Shown: piece after piece, positions 61,201 through 64,000 of the stretch
Numbering within the stretch: position 1 is the first letter of the stretch
Layout: each line of letters starts with the position of its first letter
NCBI GenBank assembly: GCA_043228905.1
Contig: JBHGNT010000020.1
Span: 3,534,001 to 3,598,000, forward strand
DNA length: 64,000 bases
Origin: Azolla caroliniana
Lineage: Eukaryota > Plantae > Polypodiophyta
Direction: 5' to 3'
Made by a program: the position numbers and the translations under genes
Notes under the pieces: model-generated
What the model saw: only the letters and a program-made list of their open reading frames with translations
What the model was told of the DNA's origin: nothing
Databases searched by the model: none

Positions 61201-64000
61201 CGTGAGAAGTGTGATCATCGCCGTTTTGTCTTCGGACTTCATCTCCTTGGCGATGTGCACCGGTTTTGCTTCGTCCGTGGTCCCTAGGTTCACCTCTTCC
61301 AGTTGCGACGCTTTTACGTGCTGTGAAACGGCCATTTCCCGTTCCAACGCTTCCTGCGCTTGCCGTAACTCCCGGATTGCGTCTTTATCCGGTTCTGCTT
61401 CAGCCTCTTTCGGTTGTGGTAAGTATGGTGCTACTGCTTCAGTAATGTCAATTTCGAAGAGGGGTATGATCTTCGGGTTTTCCTGCAAGTATTGAGCTTC
61501 TTCTTCGTCAGCTAACCCTTCTAGCATGTTGACGCACTCTGCATACAATGGTGTACATTCCTTGCCAGTGCTCGTCCTTGGCTGTGTTGGTACCCGTACC
61601 TTGGCTTTTCCTCGCCGGAAGGTAATTATATTTTTCCTCCAATTCTATTTGATATGTGCCGTTTTCAACCACGGTCGCCCCATCAATAGCAGGTATGCGC
61701 CTGTGCCTGTAATTGTAGCACTACTGCCGAGATGTGAAATGTATGACCACCCACGGTGACTTCTAATTTCCGTATTAATCTTGTCGGCCACACTGAGCTT
61801 GTATCGGCCATCCGTAACCAGAACGAACACGGCTCCCACTCGTGGATTCCTAGGGCATCACACGTCCGGAGGCTTATTACATTCACCCCGGAGCCTCCGT
61901 CTATAACTGTGCCGGGGAGTTCTTTCCCTTTTACAATGGCAGTGATTACCGGACTGTTGGTGTCCACCACCGTTGGTCCCTCCTCCGGATTCGAGAAGAG
62001 TACCGGTGCCGGTGATGATTCTCCTGCCGTCATGGCCGTCTTCAGTCCTTCCATGAATCTTGGCACGAGTTGTAGGAGTCTTCCTAGTGGCAGCGTAATC
62101 TGGCATTCTTGCAACGCCTGCCGTGTCTCGTTCTCGGAGTGACTGCCGCCGGCAAGCCCTACGGTGTTCTCCTTTTGCCGTTGTAAGTCTGTGACATTCT
62201 GCTCGTTTGCTTTCTTCACCCATTCCGTCGCTTGCTTCCGGATGGTCTCCTGCGTCTCCCATTCCTTGGCCATGCCCTTCGACCTTGTGGTCACCTGCTG
62301 CAGATCTGCCACCTCAGGGACCACCATATTTACCGCCGGTCGTTTTTCATAGCTCTTCACCGGGCATTGATTACTATAATGGCCTTCCTGTCGGCAGTAG
62401 TAGCAGTAGGCTTTTCGGGTATTGCTGGATTCGGCATTGTCTGTTGTACCCGAGGCAGGTCCTGTGGTAAGCGCGGGGTTTTGGGCCGGTTGGCTGCTTG
62501 AAGCTCCTTGTTCCGGATCCCGTGGGTAGCCGCCTTTTTTGAAATGCCGTTTTTTGTTATAGTTCTTCTTATTGCGGTACTCTTGATGAGGTTGCTTGTT
62601 ATATCTGCCGTATTCCTCCTGTTGTTGACGATAACCAGGGGAGTGCTCCCGGTCGTAATGTTCGTATCGTCTATTGTAATCCCGGTACCGATCATATCTA
62701 TCATGCCAGCCATAGTTATCCCGCCGATCACCGTACCGGACATCATTCTCCCGTCGATCACCATACCGGACATCCTGTGCCGGTCGGTCGCGGTTCATTC
62801 GCCGCCAGCGTTCCTCTTCCTCATCCCGGCTGCTGCGTGGCTCTATTTGTCGGACGGGCGGTGCTTGCCGGTTCAATAGATTATACTCGCACCTATCCGT
62901 CGTATGGCCCTTGGATTGGCAGATTACACATTGTGTCCTCATAGTGCATTCTAGAGCCGAGTGTCTGGAATTCAAGCAGGTTGTGCACTGTATTGCTTGC
63001 CGAAACCAGAGGTCTTCATCAGACGGTAACGCTCGTTGGAGTGCTCCCAGTGTGAGCCAGGAGCTTGTCTTTTCCATCTCTCTCACCCGGTCAATGACCT
63101 GGTCGATGGTACTTGTGCGGAAGTCAATTACCGTGCAAACCGTGCGTAGGGGTTCCCGAAGCGCATTTAGGAATTTAGTCCGTAATTCCTCTTCTGGGGG
63201 TGCGCGGGCAAGCTGACTATGCATCCGTTGAAACCGGATGACAAACTGGGGAATGCTCTCCCCTGCCTCCTATTGGATGATATAAAATAAGCCCACCATT
63301 ACGGTCTGGTCCACCTCCTTTTGGAAAAAATGCAAGAATTTAGCTTTTAAATCTACAAAGTTGGTGATGGTAGACGGGTCCTGCGTTCGGCGCCATCTTG
63401 TTGCCGGTCCCTCCAATGTGACGCCAAATTCCGCTATCTTAGAGCGTTCCTCTTCTTCCGGGGTCAATCGCTGGGACACATGGTTGGCTTCCCATGTCTG
63501 TTCAAAGGCGTGCACATGAGCTTCCGCGTCCAGATCATTTCTATACTTGGAGTACTGGAACAGCATGTCGTCGTCCGATATCGGTGCGCGGGCTAGCAGT
63601 GTTGGTGGTCGTTCCTGGATTTTCTTCGGCGTCGGTGGTCTTTCCTGATTTGTTTCCGGCGTCGGTGGTCTTTCTTCTTCTTTTGGTGACAGAGGCCTCT
63701 CCTCCTCGACTTCTAGTGTCGGAGGTCGCTCTTTGTTTGCTGGTTCCGGAGGTTCTAGCCTTAGTAATTCCGGTTCCGGTGTCGGTAAGGTGTCCGATCC
63801 TTCGTCCTCCGGTCCGCTCGGGGTTTCGTTGCTGCTACGGTAGTTCGTGTGCACGCTGTATTCCCCTTCGGAATCCGATTCATACGCTGAAAAGGCTTCT
63901 ACTTCACCTTCTCCGTTTGCCAACGCCTGGAGAAGGGATTCGGTTTCCTGGAGGCTGCTTAGGCTGCTGCCGTCGTCCGGGTGCGATGTTTGCTGCAACT
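58285..64000 (-). mobile_element. Gypsy-3, a diverged relative of Gypsy-2: 3' LTR 58285-58717, integrase-deleted, gag-PR-RT-RH present, runs off the window
   Basis: LTR homologous to the Gypsy-2 LTR (tgttaccggccgg.. start on the minus strand). gag knuckles CTTC...H...EC, CVIC.SKGH..DRC, CYYCRQEGHYSNQC. Protease IDGGSG. RT FLDDF. RNase H VDASD. Interrupts the Gypsy-1 integrase at 58284. Confidence 0.93.

Noticed and set aside
62720-63740. DVRYGDRR and ERPPTP repeats in Gypsy-3 gag
   Set aside because: Ordinary low-complexity expansions in disordered gag regions.

Overview
Eukaryotic land-plant nuclear DNA. The gene and TE families suggest a seed-free vascular plant such as a fern, but this is inference. 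The left part (1-23 kb) is gene-bearing. It holds the last two exons of a PER29-like class III peroxidase, a complete 3-exon HDA8-type histone deacetylase, a tRNA-Leu(TAA) disrupted by a 10-bp insertion, and an intronless 4-finger C2H2/EAR gene resembling DAZ1. Three copies of one L1/Tx1-type LINE lie among these genes: one full length, one 5'-truncated and one 3' stub. The 23-33 kb region is old AT-rich debris, including a plastid accD fragment and Copia/Gypsy relics. The 33-64 kb region is a nested LTR-retrotransposon pile: Copia-1 > Gypsy-1 (with a hAT MITE in its LTR) > Copia-2 > (Gypsy-2 and a 3.6-kb fold-back element), with Gypsy-3 also inside Gypsy-1. Most unusual: (i) a TG..CA, 5-bp-TSD insertion built around a ~99.5%-identical 1125-bp inverted repeat of a collapsed gag-RT ORF; (ii) two LINE insertions at near-identical target sequences; (iii) a Gypsy family with no 3' polypurine tract but a perfectly conserved 37-nt hairpin-containing motif, a ~230-bp phased A-tract and a large extra 3' ORF; (iv) a tRNA-like Pol III promoter at the start of a Gypsy LTR. 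All identities and mismatch counts were made by eye.
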